DNA from: Macrostomum hystrix
Lineage: Eukaryota > Animalia > Platyhelminthes
Direction of reading: 5' to 3'
Length of the DNA: 64,000 nucleotides
Assembly (NCBI GenBank): GCA_950097015.1
Contig: CATNEN010000037.1
Span: 2,604,001-2,668,000, forward strand
Part shown: piece after piece, positions 35,907 to 48,690 of the stretch
Layout of the letters: every line of letters begins with the position of its first letter
How positions within the stretch are numbered: the stretch's first letter is position 1
Position numbers and translations under genes: made by a program
The notes under the pieces: generated by a model
Databases searched by the model: none
Seen by the model: the letters and a program-made list of their open reading frames with translations, nothing else
Told to the model about the DNA's origin: nothing

Positions 35907-37726
35907 AAGGTACTATCCTGGTTGAGCTGGTGGCATTATCTGTATGCAGTCAAAAATATTCTTAATCACAAAAAAAGTAGATCATATAGGCAGAAAAAAT
36001 ATGTCCCTCCCTTAATAATAAAAGCTCACTCAGCCACGTCAGCTTTATTCTACGGCACTTGCCACATCATATTAAACATCTCTGTGGACCCGCAAATTCA
36101 AATCCATTTGAAAAATAATATCGTGAAGGAAACCTCAACATTGCCAATCGGGCCTCTCTGTCCATAAAAAGTTCCAACTTGAATAGACATACAAAAGAGT
36201 GACTACTTCTCAAATTTTAGTACTACTTAACTCTTCTTCACCTCAGGAGTAGTGTCAATGGCTTTATATTTCAGCTTTAGATTTGGAAGCTGATTGAGCA
36301 TTCTGGTATATTCTGTGGTTTGGCCATATAAAACAGCTTTGATTTCAGTTACTAAAACCATAAAATACAATCCTTATTTCAGCATCAATTAATAGTTTGT
36401 CAAGAAAAATTGATTTTTATTTAAACATCACTTTTGTGACTTCAGTGCTCTAGCCTAGATACCACTAGGGCCTAGCAAGCTAGAGTTCTATGTACCATAT
36501 TAAAGGCCCTACATACTCTTTCCTCCATCTGCAAAAAAGTTAATAAAACAGTAATGACAGTATTATTAATGACAATAATTCGTAGGAAGAATTACAAACA
36601 TAAATAAGACTAGGCTATAAATAAATAGATTGCCTAATCTATAAAACAGATTATAATAAAGACAAAAAAAACAGAAGAGCTTCAAAGCATTATTTGTTTA
36701 CAAGTAATAAGCCCTCAAGCATCTGCATCTCAAGCCCTAAGGAAGTTACAACTTCCTTAATGATAACCTTGCTGTATACAAGAAAATATATACAGCAGTA
36801 GAGCCCCCACAAGGGCTGACCTGCAGTCCAGATTGGACAAGGCCGTTTAGCAATGATAACCTTGTACAATTGCACTCACTACGTAGTACGTTTAAAAGCA
36901 CGCGATATGCGCGTCAAGAAATTTGCATGCCAGCGAGAAGGGTCTTAAAGTTAAAATTATAAACAGTCTCAAAATGTTAACAAAAAGATAACGCTACTAA
37001 GAAGTCAGATGTAGAGACCTCTTAAAAGTAAAATAAGTACATTAAAATTTTTTTTATTCAATTTGCACTTAGTTATTATTTTTGTAAATTCCATGTCGCA
37101 GACCGAAAACGCTTGCAAAGTTTTTTACTTCAATTTAAAATGACAATATGAACAAGTTATCTTCTTTTTTGTCTCCCTAAGCCTTTTTCGTGCCGCGTTA
37201 TTTTGCTCGCCCCTTCTCCCCATGTGCTCCTATTATTTGCATTTTCTTAGCTGCTAATATAATATCTAGTTTCTTACATCGTTATCTTCGTTTGCTTTTC
37301 GATTTTCGCACTTTTTCAAACTTTCAATTAACTGTTTCGTGAACTCACGAACTCACGACTCGTCGTGTTTTGTGATTTATAATATATTTAAATGTCGTAA
37401 TAAAAATATACACGTTACACTTTATTGGCCAAACAGGCATCTTGCCTGAGCCAACAACTACTACTCGAAGAGATTATTAGTACAATTAATAAAACTAAGT
37501 ATGGGGCATTGAAAGTCTCTACTATTCCCCTAGGTTCATAATCACAACTCATCTTATAACTGTCGCTTAAAAATAACTAGTGGGCCTAAGTCTATTCATT
37601 TTACTCTTAATGATATAACGTCAAATGCGGAATGTTTCAGTTGTGTTTTAGCGAAGTAGTAGATAATTTAATACTAGATTAGCCAATGGCAATCCAGGCA
37701 ATAGCTTTATAGTATTACTATAGCTA

Positions 37727-38387
37727 GGGTAATGTATCATCAACCGAACAGTGTATCTTCAAAACCGAACAAGAATTTTGACTCCTTCCTTGGTCTTGTG
37801 CAAGATAGAAACAAGCTATTGTGTTTCACAGAACAACTAGTTTGAAAGTTGAAGAAATTATCTACAAGCTGAGGCATGATGTGCAATGAAGCATTAAGAG
37901 AAAAGAAAGATATTGATGTTTCAGTAGAAATTTTTATTGCAAAAGCATACTTTTTAACAACATTTTTTCACTTTCACTTTCACTTTCACTTATGTACTTT
38001 AAACAAAGATTGTATGTGGTTGCTTGCCAATTAAATGACCATAAATGTAGTTATTTATAGAGCATGAAAAATGCTTTCAAATTACATAATTCATGATAGT
38101 TCACTCCTTAAAATAAGATTAAACCACTCACTCAAATTGTACAACCAAACATCAAATTCTCTGTTTGGTTTGAAGATACATGAAAATCATTGTTCGGTTT
38201 TAGATAAAAAGCAGGAATAACTTTTTTCTATTTGACAAAATAGCAAAAGCAGATACTTTTTAGAAAGATGTAACTGTTTTCTATAACTTGGCTTTTAATT
38301 TATCATCATATCTTAAACAGAAAGTCTGTACCTTAGGTTTGAAGTAAAAAAAATACACATTCTTGTTTGGTTGATGATACATTACCC
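37727..38387. mobile_element. MITE copy 1, TA|GGGTAATGTATCATCAAC ... GTTGATGATACATTACCC|TA
   Basis: Near-perfect TIRs of about 25 bp, TA on both flanks, non-coding interior. Confidence 0.88.
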
Positions 38388-38513
38388 TACGCCCCTTCAA
38401 TTCTATAAAATATGAAGCCTAGCTGGCATATTAACACCATCCATACCTGCAGCCTTTTTTATAAAAATACTCTAGGCCTAGCCACCTATGGCACTATTTT
38501 CTGTTTGTGAGGA

Positions 38514-39154
38514 GGGTAGGGGGGGCCTAATGTATCATCAACTGAACAGTGTATCTTCAAAACCGAAAAATAATTTTGACTCCTACCTTGGTCCTATGCA
38601 AGACAGAAACAAGCTAGGCCTATTGTGTTTCACAGAACAACTAATTTGAAAGTTGAAGAAATTAGGCCCTATCTACAAGCTGAGGCATGATGTGCAATGA
38701 AGCATTAAGAGGAAAGAAAGATATTGATGTTTCAGTAGAATTTTTTATTGCAAAAGCATAGGCCTACCTTTTGACAACATTTTTTCAGTATGTACTTTAG
38801 ACAAAGATTGTATGTGGTTGCTTGCCAATTAAATGACCATTAAAGCAGTTATTTATAGAGCACAAAAATGCTTTCAAATGACATAATTCATGATAGTTCA
38901 CTCCTTAAAATAAGATTAAACCACTCACTCAAATTGTAAAACCAAACATCAAATTCTCCATTTGGTTTTAGATGAAAAGCAGGAATAACTTTTTTTCTAT
39001 TTGACAAAATAGCAAAAGCAGATACTTTTTAGAAAGATGTAACTGTTTTCTATAACTTGGCTTTTGATTTATCATCATATCTTAAATAGAAAAACTAAAG
39101 CTTAGGTTTGAAGTTAAAAATACACATTCTTGTTTAGTTGATGATACATTATCC
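38514..39154. mobile_element. MITE copy 2 (same family, same orientation) with four G(n)C(m)TA micro-insertions
   Basis: Collinear with 37727-38387; extra bases at 38519-38529, 38617-38622, 38665-38671 and 38761-38766. Confidence 0.88.
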
Positions 39155-39439
39155 TAATATAAGAGTCATGAAATTTGAGTCATGAAACGCTGGAATGAAA
39201 TTTGATTCCCTAGCTCCTGTACGCCAATGTACGCCAGCAGATTTATAGAGTCAAATATGTTTAAGCCTTTTTTAATTTTTGTTTCATTTCTGCTGTCGAC
39301 AAAGACAATTGACCTTTAAGTTGACACTTGTACCCTGTGTCTGGCGGTACCTGGACACTTCGTCATCTTACACATACATGCGCAACCTCCCAAATCTTAG
39401 CCGGCCCTGCGACTTAATTTTTGCTCTCATTTGCGACTT

Positions 39440-40800
39440 AGTTTGTTTCATTGCTCTATTTACGACTTAGTTTGCTCTCATTTGCTCTCTTTTTCTCTCC
39501 CCTTTTTCCTTTTCTTCACGCCTTTCTTTTTTGTCCCTTGGTCCCCCTTAGAATTTTTTGTGCTTGGTTGATTGGTTTTTGCGACTTACCTTGCTTGGTC
39601 CTCGTTTCACCCAGCCGGGTTGGCCAGGTGTTGTGCATGTATGATCTTACAACTTTGTCATCCTGATGACGATCTGTCAAATATCTCAGAGGGTGGATGA
39701 CGAAGAGACTTAGACTTGTGGACACTTCATCTATAAAACAAAAGTTTTTCAAGTTAGAACAGAACCACCCCTTCCCACCTCATCATATCGTGTTGGCACC
39801 TATCTTTCAACTCTTATAATGAAATCAGTTTTGACATCTCTTTTTGACAATTTAGAGTGTGAAGTGTGTTTACACCTCTGCCTATCACCCCACCTTCACT
39901 TTATTGATGACGAACTTGATTGCTTGTTATTAGTAGATGAGGAACTGACCAAACTTTAAAGCATGCCAATTGGCTAGATAATGAAGTGTCCTACCTTCCA
40001 AGTGGATGACGAAGTGTCTAGGATCCTATATGGCTACCTTGTAGTTGTAGCTATATTATAACAGAAAATAACAGAAATCAAGAAAATGTACTAGGCCTAG
40101 AATGCTTAGTCTCAATGAATGCTGACAAGTAAGAACCTAATTTGATTTGTTTAAATATTTAGTACTTACTAGTTAGTCCCTAAATTATGGTCATAGATAT
40201 ATAATGAAATTATTCCTAGCTTATTTTACTAAACTTAGGTCCAGCTAACTAGAAAATTTTATTTTTATTTTTTTGAAAATTTCTTAATTCAATTGCATTT
40301 GCAGCAAATGCAATTCTGTCTTCTGATGCCCTGTTTAAGAACCATCTCAGTGAATCTATGACTATGACTGTTGCCATGGAATACATTTGGCAGCTTCCTA
40401 TATTGGCTACAGTACTACTAATTGACTCTAGCTAATAACCTTTTTTATGTCTTGAAATTTATGAAATCTAAAATTAATGTAATTCCACATACTAGGAGAT
40501 TGCCTACATTATATTGTAGTGTTGCCACAGTTATATGCTAAATAAATTTGCTGAAATCACTAGCTGAAATTTGCTAAAAAATCACTGAGCTAGCTCATAC
40601 ATGCACAATGCCTGGCCAAATTTGCTGGATGAAATGAGGGCCAAGCAAAGAAAGTTGCAAAAATCAATTGACCAAAGGCAAAAAATCAAAGGGGAGAGTA
40701 AGTTACAAAGAGAGAAAGAAGAAAGTGCAAGGAAGAGAGAAAAGAATGAGAGAGGAAGAGAAAAAGAACAGAGAAAAAAAAGATATGAAAAATGATTAGT
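39440..40800. repeat. Diverged inverted pair (~39440-39650 versus ~40590-40800), probable transposon relics
   Basis: CATACATGCACAA(C/T)(A/G)CCTGGCCAA...GGGCCAAGCAA.. and the following purine-rich tract occur in opposite orientations. Confidence 0.6.
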
Positions 40801-41929
40801 CAAATTGACAGCCACAAAAACCTTTGACTTATTATATTATCAAGCACACTTGGCCAGTACAGTTGTTATAGTTGTGCAAAAAGTCCAAAAGATTGAAAGA
40901 AAATAGAGAAAAGTATAGCCTAGTAGTAACTATAGTATAGTTGTGCAGGGTTGTTATCTAAACATTACATAAAGTGAACTAAAAGTATATAGTCATACAG
41001 CCCATAAATATATTTTAATTTTGTTTTAAGAAGCTGACCCACACCAAAGTCTTTTGCTTTTGCTGTGGGGCAGCTTTTCTGCTGGTGACACTCCTCTTGA
41101 CATTGAAAAGACAAATTTCAGTTGCCAACATATTGATCTGGTTAGCAGATCAATATGTTAGCAAATCTAATAGTTGATTTTTCTGTGATTGAATGAAAGA
41201 TGTGTCTAGAAATTCGAGCCTTCACTTCGAGTTGTGGACTGAAAAGGCGAAATCTCATTTTAGGTGAGTTGCCAACTCAACATAAACCTTCTTGAAAACA
41301 AAAAGCTGAGGCCTACAACTTGGGTCCTGGCCCAGAAGCTTCTTAGCGTCAGATACTATGAGGATCTCTTCAAGTGGTAAAATGAATGCCTGATCTGATC
41401 AGCAATTAGGCTGACTTGGGCTGATCAGCAATATCAGCCCTCCCTGCCTCAAACTGCTCAACCCAGTTGTACAAATGCATTCTGCTTACAAGCACCATAA
41501 ATAGCAAGTACAGTGGCTTGGATCTTCATTTGTTTCTCGCCAAGCTTCTTGCCGATTCCAAAGTGCAAAATTTAAGAATAGAATAAAATAGAATAGAAAA
41601 AACTGAATGTGTCTGAATGAAAATGACCAAAATGAGCCCCAATACTCCGGAACCAGAGTTTTTATTTGTCAGTAATCAAAGCAAGTAACCCCTGTCTATC
41701 TCAGACGACAACACAACAATGTTTGTATTTTAATGCTTTGTAATCCCATAATATCTCATTTTAATATCTCATAAAATAAAACAAAGACTCTATGCTGCCC
41801 TTCCAGTGGTTAGCTGCAGATCAAGAGCTTGGCCTCCCCACCAGTCCGGCCTGGTTCGCCAGAATTGACGTTAACTTACTGCTTTAATACTGACTGTAGC
41901 TCGCTTGGCAACTGTTCTAGTTCTAGCCA

Positions 41930-44900
41930 ATGAGTTTACTGTGCCCATGCACCGCCACATCTCGTGGGCACGGATCAGCATCTGGCGCGGAGGTAAAGTA
42001 CGCCGTCGGCCGTAGCAACAAACTGTCAGCCGAGGAGATCAGCCGCCAGATTGATCGCCAGCTGAAGGCCGACCGAGAGCTGCGACGGCACGAGCGCCGC
42101 ATCCTTTTGTTGGGCACGGCAGCCAGCGGTAAAAGTACATTTCTCCGCTCGATGCGCATCATTCACGAGGATAAGTTCACAGAGCAGGAGCTGCTGAGCT
42201 TCAAATCCGTAATCTATAGCAACGTTTGGCGTGGCTTAATGAAACTTTTGTACGTTAAGAAACGCCTTGGCATCCACTGGGAGAACAATAAAACTGGAGT
42301 GCCGGCTGTTAAAGCGCTGCTTGCATTGGAGAAGGAAATTGGCCACGCGGCGCTTATGTCCTCTGGCCTTCGCGAGGATCAGTTTCTGAGGGCGGCGCCG
42401 TTTATTCAGGTTCGGCAATTACAAATATTCATTTGTTCTCGATATTTTTTAACTGCTCCAGGATCTCTGTTTCATTTAAGGTGATTTCAATGTGGTATTC
42501 GTCGTTTATCTCTTAGTTGCCTTCAATGTGCTTGTCTCAAAGTAGCTATTCTGATTGTCATCTGTTTTAGAGTAGCTTTTCCAATGGTCGTCTGTCTCAA
42601 TGACTTTCCTATTCATATGGAAATGTCAGTTTAAATCAAATTTAAGCTTTTTCCCTCCCCGAATTATCCGTAGTAATGAAACGGTAACTGTTGTATTGGG
42701 CCACAAAAAGTTTTATTATCCCAAAGCTTCCTCGAATGATCGATTATGATTGATGACTAACAAAGAGGAGTTTAAAATGATGGCCAGTAATTAGGGCGTC
42801 GAGTTTAACGTAAAAACATCAATAAATTTTTAAGATAGATTCTCAGATTTTTCGAGCATATAAACTCCTAATTTCCTTCGCAAATCATGAGGATATTGTC
42901 TGCAGCTAGCTGAATCTCTGTTTATTATAGTTTATTGTACCGCGCTGTGCTTATTGGACTTAGCTTAATCGAGGGCTATGATAGTTTTTTTCTCGTAATA
43001 CGCGGGTCAATCAGACCAAATCATGGAGGCAGCAACTCTTCTGTTATGCGCATGTGCCGGTTATGCTGATGTCAAAACCTCTCTACTACTCTTTCTACTC
43101 GTTCCAATGTTGTGCACAGCCTCTGCCTGTCTCTGTGTTTGCATGCGCGTTTATACCGCTGTGCAGCAGGGCCTGAAACTTGGTAAGGGAGTGGGAAGAT
43201 GGGAAATGGCGACCCTAGTGCGCCGAATCTTCTATCTGTAGCTGCTAAAGTCCTGCAGCCGGTTGCGCTTTTCATTCCTAAATGCAATTTTTTTGTTGAA
43301 ATGCCTCATTCCTCATTGATTCTGTTGCCCGCCGTTGCCTCACCACTGAATGCATCCAAAGCATTGGGTTGCGCATCATTAGGAGGCAACGGTGGAGGCT
43401 AGACTGTGTTTTATTTTAGTGCATGTGCTGCTATGTCTGATGAGCGAGCCTGTATTTAGGACTGTATGGGTATTTCCAAATCCACTGAACCCATTCGAGT
43501 TCTAAATTTCAACGTATCCCACTCGTGCATTAGCTTTTAATAACGACACTTTCATGTCGCACCTAAAACAGCGAAATATCGCTAACCTTTGCATACTACT
43601 TTTAGTTGACTGCATACTACTTTTATCATTCTCCGATGTTTACTTCTGTAAGAGCGTGGTTTAGAAAGAGTTTCGAATAAAACGTTAAGACTCACCTCAC
43701 TGCAACACGCTGGCAATATTTTTAGGCTAAACAAAAGATTCTATATTCCCAGGATGGGCCACTCGCGACGTGGCTATAGACTATGCTTTTGCCAAAAAAT
43801 GCGACATTCGTCTGAGTTCAGAAGACACAACGCGTTTTGTGTAATAAATTACGCAGCGCTAATGCTGGCCTTCCCTCGCCTTGGAGCCGATTTAATTCAC
43901 ATTGTCATTACTCTGATGATTTGAGTAATAAAACCTAACAGTGCAGTGCACGCGCACGCCATTCTCCGGCGTGAAGACTTGCGAGTCACATGCACGCACA
44001 CAGCTGCGAGAATTAAGCCGTATGTATAGCGAGTAGCAACTTGCGCGCTGCTTCGCCTCCTCTTCTCTGATTCACAAAAACATCTCTTAAAAAAATATGG
44101 CGACCATGTCTAATAAGCTACTGAACTCAGAATTGTCAGCCAGCGTTGTCAGGCTTTCTAGGAAAATATCTAGCAAAAAATGGCAAAATCATGCAATCTT
44201 GCAAAGAAAAAATTCCCTTTGGACTGCGCCTTCATGTTCCGCTGACAGGCCTCGCACTGGCTGACAGTTCGCTCGATGCAGTGCGCATTCCAGGTCAGTA
44301 GAAGTAGTCTTTGGCTTTCAGGTCCTTCTAGACTATTCCTGGGTGTCCAACGTGCAGGATGCTGAGGATGGAGCTTCTAGCGGTGCCAGCTGGCACATAA
44401 ATACGGTCCTTCAGACAAAGAAGACCAGAGACGGCAGTCAGATCGTGCCGAAGATCCCAAAAGACCTTTAGATCATCAGTGAGTTGGGCTCTGTGCTCTG
44501 GCCAACCGGCTTGTAAGACGTTCTGTAGGCGATGACTTGTCTGGTCTAGGGCTGTGGCATGCTTTATCAAGTCAAGGATCTCGCGGTCACCGCTAAAACA
44601 TCGCTCGACTGCTAGAACTTGTCCGTCCAGAGCATCCTCTAACAAAAATGTCAAGCTGTCCGTTTGTCCGTAAGCTCGACAAAGCAACGTATAGCTCCTT
44701 TCCTGGCGTGTACTTAACGCGATGTCGTACGGCTGCAGCTGAAGCAGTAGACGCTGGATTCGAGGCGTAGTGCCACAAAGCTGCTTTTTGAAGATGGCCT
44801 CTAGCGGCTTGTGGTCGCTCTGAACTTGGACAGTGCGACCCCAGAGGTAGCGATGGAACTTTTTGCAGCCGTACACAATGGCCAGGAGCCCCTTTTCGAT

Positions 44901-46760
44901 CTGCACAGGCTTGCTAAGCGCTTGTCATGGCCGATGATGCAAACTCAAAAGGACGGTCCTCTTGAAGCAGCACAGCTCCAATACCGCTCGTACTTGCGTC
45001 GACAGACACAGTGACTGGCTTGCGGACGTCGAATGTGGCCAGAACCCTATTTGAGCAAAGCTCTGTGATGATTTCGTCGTACGCCTCATCGTGCTGTTGC
45101 GTCCAGCTCCAAATGACGTTTTCTCTTTAACAGATGCCTCAATGGTTCTGCAGTAGCTGACAGATGAGGGCAATATTTGGCCAAGTAGGTGACGCAGCCG
45201 AGAAATCGTCTTAACTGCTCCTTCTTTGTGGTGATGCCTTCGGCATCGTTTGGTCTTGTCATTTCTTTAATGGCTTTGACTTTCATAGGGTCTTCTCGCA
45301 AGCCTTCTGAGCTGAGCACATCATCCAGATAGTTAAGCTCGCAGACTCCGACTCGCAGCTTTTTTGGGTTCAGGGTCACTTTGCGCACTTGACGTTGACA
45401 CTGACACTTATCAGGAACATATAATATGAAGTTATTTTTTAGTGCAAGTTCTACATTTTCGTCGTCACATCGCTTATCCCGATCTCAATTGAGAAGAGAG
45501 TCTTATTACAAATACTCGTTTTAGTAAACCCAGTTTAGTAAAACCTCTAAATTCGTCTGAGAATGTTGGAGAAAATTCTTGTCTTTCTACGAGATTTTAC
45601 GACAAAAGTTAGACGTTCTCGGCATACTCCGACCAAGTCGGACAAATTTCGGAGAGAAAAAGTTTTTAAACGTGATATTTGCCTTTAAAGACATGTCCAC
45701 CCCTAACAGCTGTTTTCTGCAGCATTAGTCCCAACAGATTTTTGGTACTAAAATTTGACGCTGATATCAATGAATTCAAAATCAACCAGGTGCTCTGGTG
45801 TGACGCAGGGGTACGCGAAGCCTTCGAGCGTCGTCACAGTGTGCCCGGCGACGAAGAGTTCAAAGATGTCGGCGAGAATTTGGATTATTATCTAAACAGG
45901 CTGAAGACAATTGCCGTTGTAAATTATCGGCCAACAGATGCGCACATACTGCATAGTAGGCGATTCACTGATTCGGTAAGTCCGGGTGGGAAAAATTCGC
46001 TCCTATAAGTAAAGAAACAATATCCATATTTTAAATTGTGTAAAACATCGCTGGGGTAGCGACTCTGCACTCTACATAATGTGCCGCCTGATTTACCATT
46101 CGACAACACTAACTTAGCTTTCGTGTACTAGGAGCTTCCTATGGGCAAATGTATTCTGTTATGTGTGAGACTTGTTTAACCAACCACCTCAAACGATAGG
46201 TATTTGAGAAGTGCTTACTGTATGGAGGCGTCCCACTGCGCATCATCGACATTGGCGGCCACACTAATGAGCGCCGAAAATGGTCTAAAACTTTGCGCAT
46301 CTTCCAAGGCGAATTACAATCTGTCATCTACATCATCGCCTGTTCAACATTCAACGAGACGTACACTAAGTCTAGCGGCGAGATTATCAACAAGCTAGAC
46401 GAGAGTTTCCTCTGTCTCAGACACCTGCTGGACGTCAAATCCGAGCTATTCACTCGAGATATGAATCTGATTGTGTTCTTTAATAAGGACGACCTCTTTT
46501 CATACAAGGTGACGCACCTGCGCATTGACTATTCCAAGTTTGACGCCACCTTTCCGTCGGATAGATTTGATCCGTTGGATTTGGGTCAGGTGCGGGAACA
46601 CCTGGTCAGGCGCCTAACCTCAGTTGTGCCGCCCAATCAGCACCTGCGCCGGTATACACATTTCACAACATCGATCGATCTAAGCAATGTGCGCCGAGTG
46701 TTCAGAGACATTCGAGATACGGTTATGCTGAACTTTCTAAGAGAGGCCCTACCCGCCTAA
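41930..46760 (+). CDS. Divergent heterotrimeric G-protein alpha subunit (G12/13-like), 3 exons, ~408 aa
   Basis: Exons 41930-42409, 45790-45975 and 46200-46760, all phase 0. G1 GTAASGKST, G2 SRRFT, G3 DIGGH, G4 NKDD, G5 TTSID, C-terminal VFRDIRDTVM. Confidence 0.92.
44325..45400 (-). mobile_element. Degenerate Ty3/gypsy pol fragment (RT thumb, RNase H, start of integrase region) in G-alpha intron 1
   Basis: LRRFLGCVTYLAK, DAS..GIGAVLLQ, LAIVYGCKKFHRYLWG...SDHKPL, LHVGHPGI; split by frameshifts and stops; no LTRs seen. Confidence 0.88.
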
Positions 46761-47706
46761 CTCATCTTGCGCCTCTGCTTTCATTCCCGTTTAAATTGTT
46801 GAAAAGTTACGTGAATGTACTTTTCAATTGTACATATATCTAAGGCCAAAATAATATTGTTTATTTGTACATGTCTATCATTCTCCAACCAAAAATCGAT
46901 GTACCAAAGATAGAGTGCATCACTTTTGCTATGCACACGCCAGACATCGAAGTAAACATATCATAAGCTGCTCTTGTTTTCTATTCATTTAGATATGTGA
47001 CACGGTTATTGGTCAGCTGCTAAAATCTGAATGCTTAGTCTTCATTGCTTGCTTAGTCCTTAGGCGCATAATGTTGAGCGATGGCGTCTCTTGTAGGAGT
47101 AGTTTTTCTGCTTTTATCCAGTACAGAATGCAAGCAATATGTCTTGGCAATAACTGAGAATTGTGAAACTTCTTAGATTGTTTCTTCATCGCATTAATTC
47201 AGTTCCTCGGACTTAAAAGCTGTTAGTGTCTTTTCATTTATCTTTATCGTTAATTAGTTAACGATAAGTTGCCTTCCCTGCTTACTTGAAAAATTCGAAC
47301 TGAAGCCAAGCACGGCTTACTAATATTGCCTATTGTTCCTAAACATTTTATTTTATTTCTATTAAAGTTACACGGTTTCCAAATGTTAGCAGTGTCGTAG
47401 TTTTCTCTTCGAGTTTTTTTCGGTATTTTTCATTTGATCTTCCAACTTGGTGCTTCCCTATCCTGTATTTTATGGCGAAATTCTGATGGACATTAGTCAC
47501 AAGTTCCACCCTCCGAGCAAGATGAATTTTTCTCTTTTATTGCGAGTGACGCAACTTACTGCACTTTCTTCGCCGCAGAGTCGCCACACTTCTGCGTGCC
47601 AGAAGATCCCTCGCACTATTAAGCATCACGAGTCTAGCTGCATATTGCATAAAAATTAACTTTACTGTTTTTTTATTAATTTTGGTTCCATAACTTTAAG
47701 GGTGTA

Positions 47707-48336
47707 TACTCAGCAACAGCTAAAACCCCCCCCCCAACTCACGCTGTCACACGGCCCAAAAGTTTTGTATGCCATCGGTGACTCAGAAATGTGTGAAGGC
47801 TGCCGCCGCCAAACGCGAGCGCAAAGTGCGGCATGGGGGATTTGGGGAGGGGGTGGCGCAACTCAACCCACTGGTGGCTGCATTGCGCAATGGTAAACCA
47901 TCAGTAGTTTCTGCCATTTGCTACGACAACCTTTGGCGGCCCGCAGAACTGCATGCTTCAAGACGACAATGCTGCGCCACATCGAGCAGCACACGTGCAG
48001 CTGCTGAAGGAGCAGTTCGGCATTCGCACATTGAACTGGCCGTCAAAGTCTCCAGACATGAACCCCATCGAGCATGTCTGGGACTTTGTAAAGCGAAGAG
48101 TTCAGCAGGATGCCCCACAGAATGCTGAACAGTTGCGTCTGGCGGTACTGAATGCCTGGCAGCAGCTGCCTCAAGAGTTCATCAACCGGCTGGTGATCAG
48201 GATGCCACGACGAGTCACGGCACTTTTGCATGCTCGTGGTTCCTACACACGATACTGAGACTAGAATTAAAGACATTGCTTAACTTTTGTGCCCGTGTGA
48301 CAGCGTGAGTTGGGGGGGGTTAGCTGTTGCTGAGTA
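47707..48336 (+). mobile_element. Internally deleted Tc1 element (TA TSD, ~55-bp TIRs) retaining the transposase C-terminus (47953-48258)
   Basis: TIR TACTCAGCAACAGCTAA..CCCCCCCCAACTCACGCTGTCACACGG at both ends; QDDNAAPH...WPSKSPDMNPIEHVW is the Tc1 second-D and E region. Confidence 0.92.
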
Positions 48337-48444
48337 TATGCTGAGTCAGAATTTGTCTCAAACTTGTAGTTTTCCGTTACAGTTGTTAGAATTTCCTGAT
48401 ATTATACTTCTATCGGAAAACTGTGCAAGGGAAATCGATAGATT

Positions 48445-48690
48445 TTTGCTTAGTTATGGCTCGGGGGACGAGGGCCTCACACCAAGGTCACTGAGTTCGA
48501 TTCCGCAGAGGCGTAGGCGCGGAGAGAAGGCTTGGGGCTTGTTGTGCAATTTTCACCCTTGATGGCCAATCCCGAAGTCACAGTGAAAGTAATACACTGC
48601 GTGACGATGAGAAAGTAAGGGCAGCTGTACACACCTGTACAGCGTACAGCATCTGTGTGCGTGTGTGCTCAGGAGTCAGCGTACTAAGCG
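48445..48690 (+). mobile_element. tRNA-derived SINE family B
   Basis: CCAAGGTCACTGAGTTCGATTCCGC head; body shared with 19547-19825. Confidence 0.75.

Larger units (their letters stand above)
35056..36317. mobile_element. Non-autonomous P-superfamily DNA transposon (1.26 kb) carrying two transposase fragments
   Basis: TIR CACAGAATA(C/T)ACCAGAATGCTCAATC at both ends; flanks GTTTGGCG (35048-35055) and GTTTGGCC (36318-36325) form an 8-bp TSD with one mismatch; CA..G termini are typical of P elements. Confidence 0.82.
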
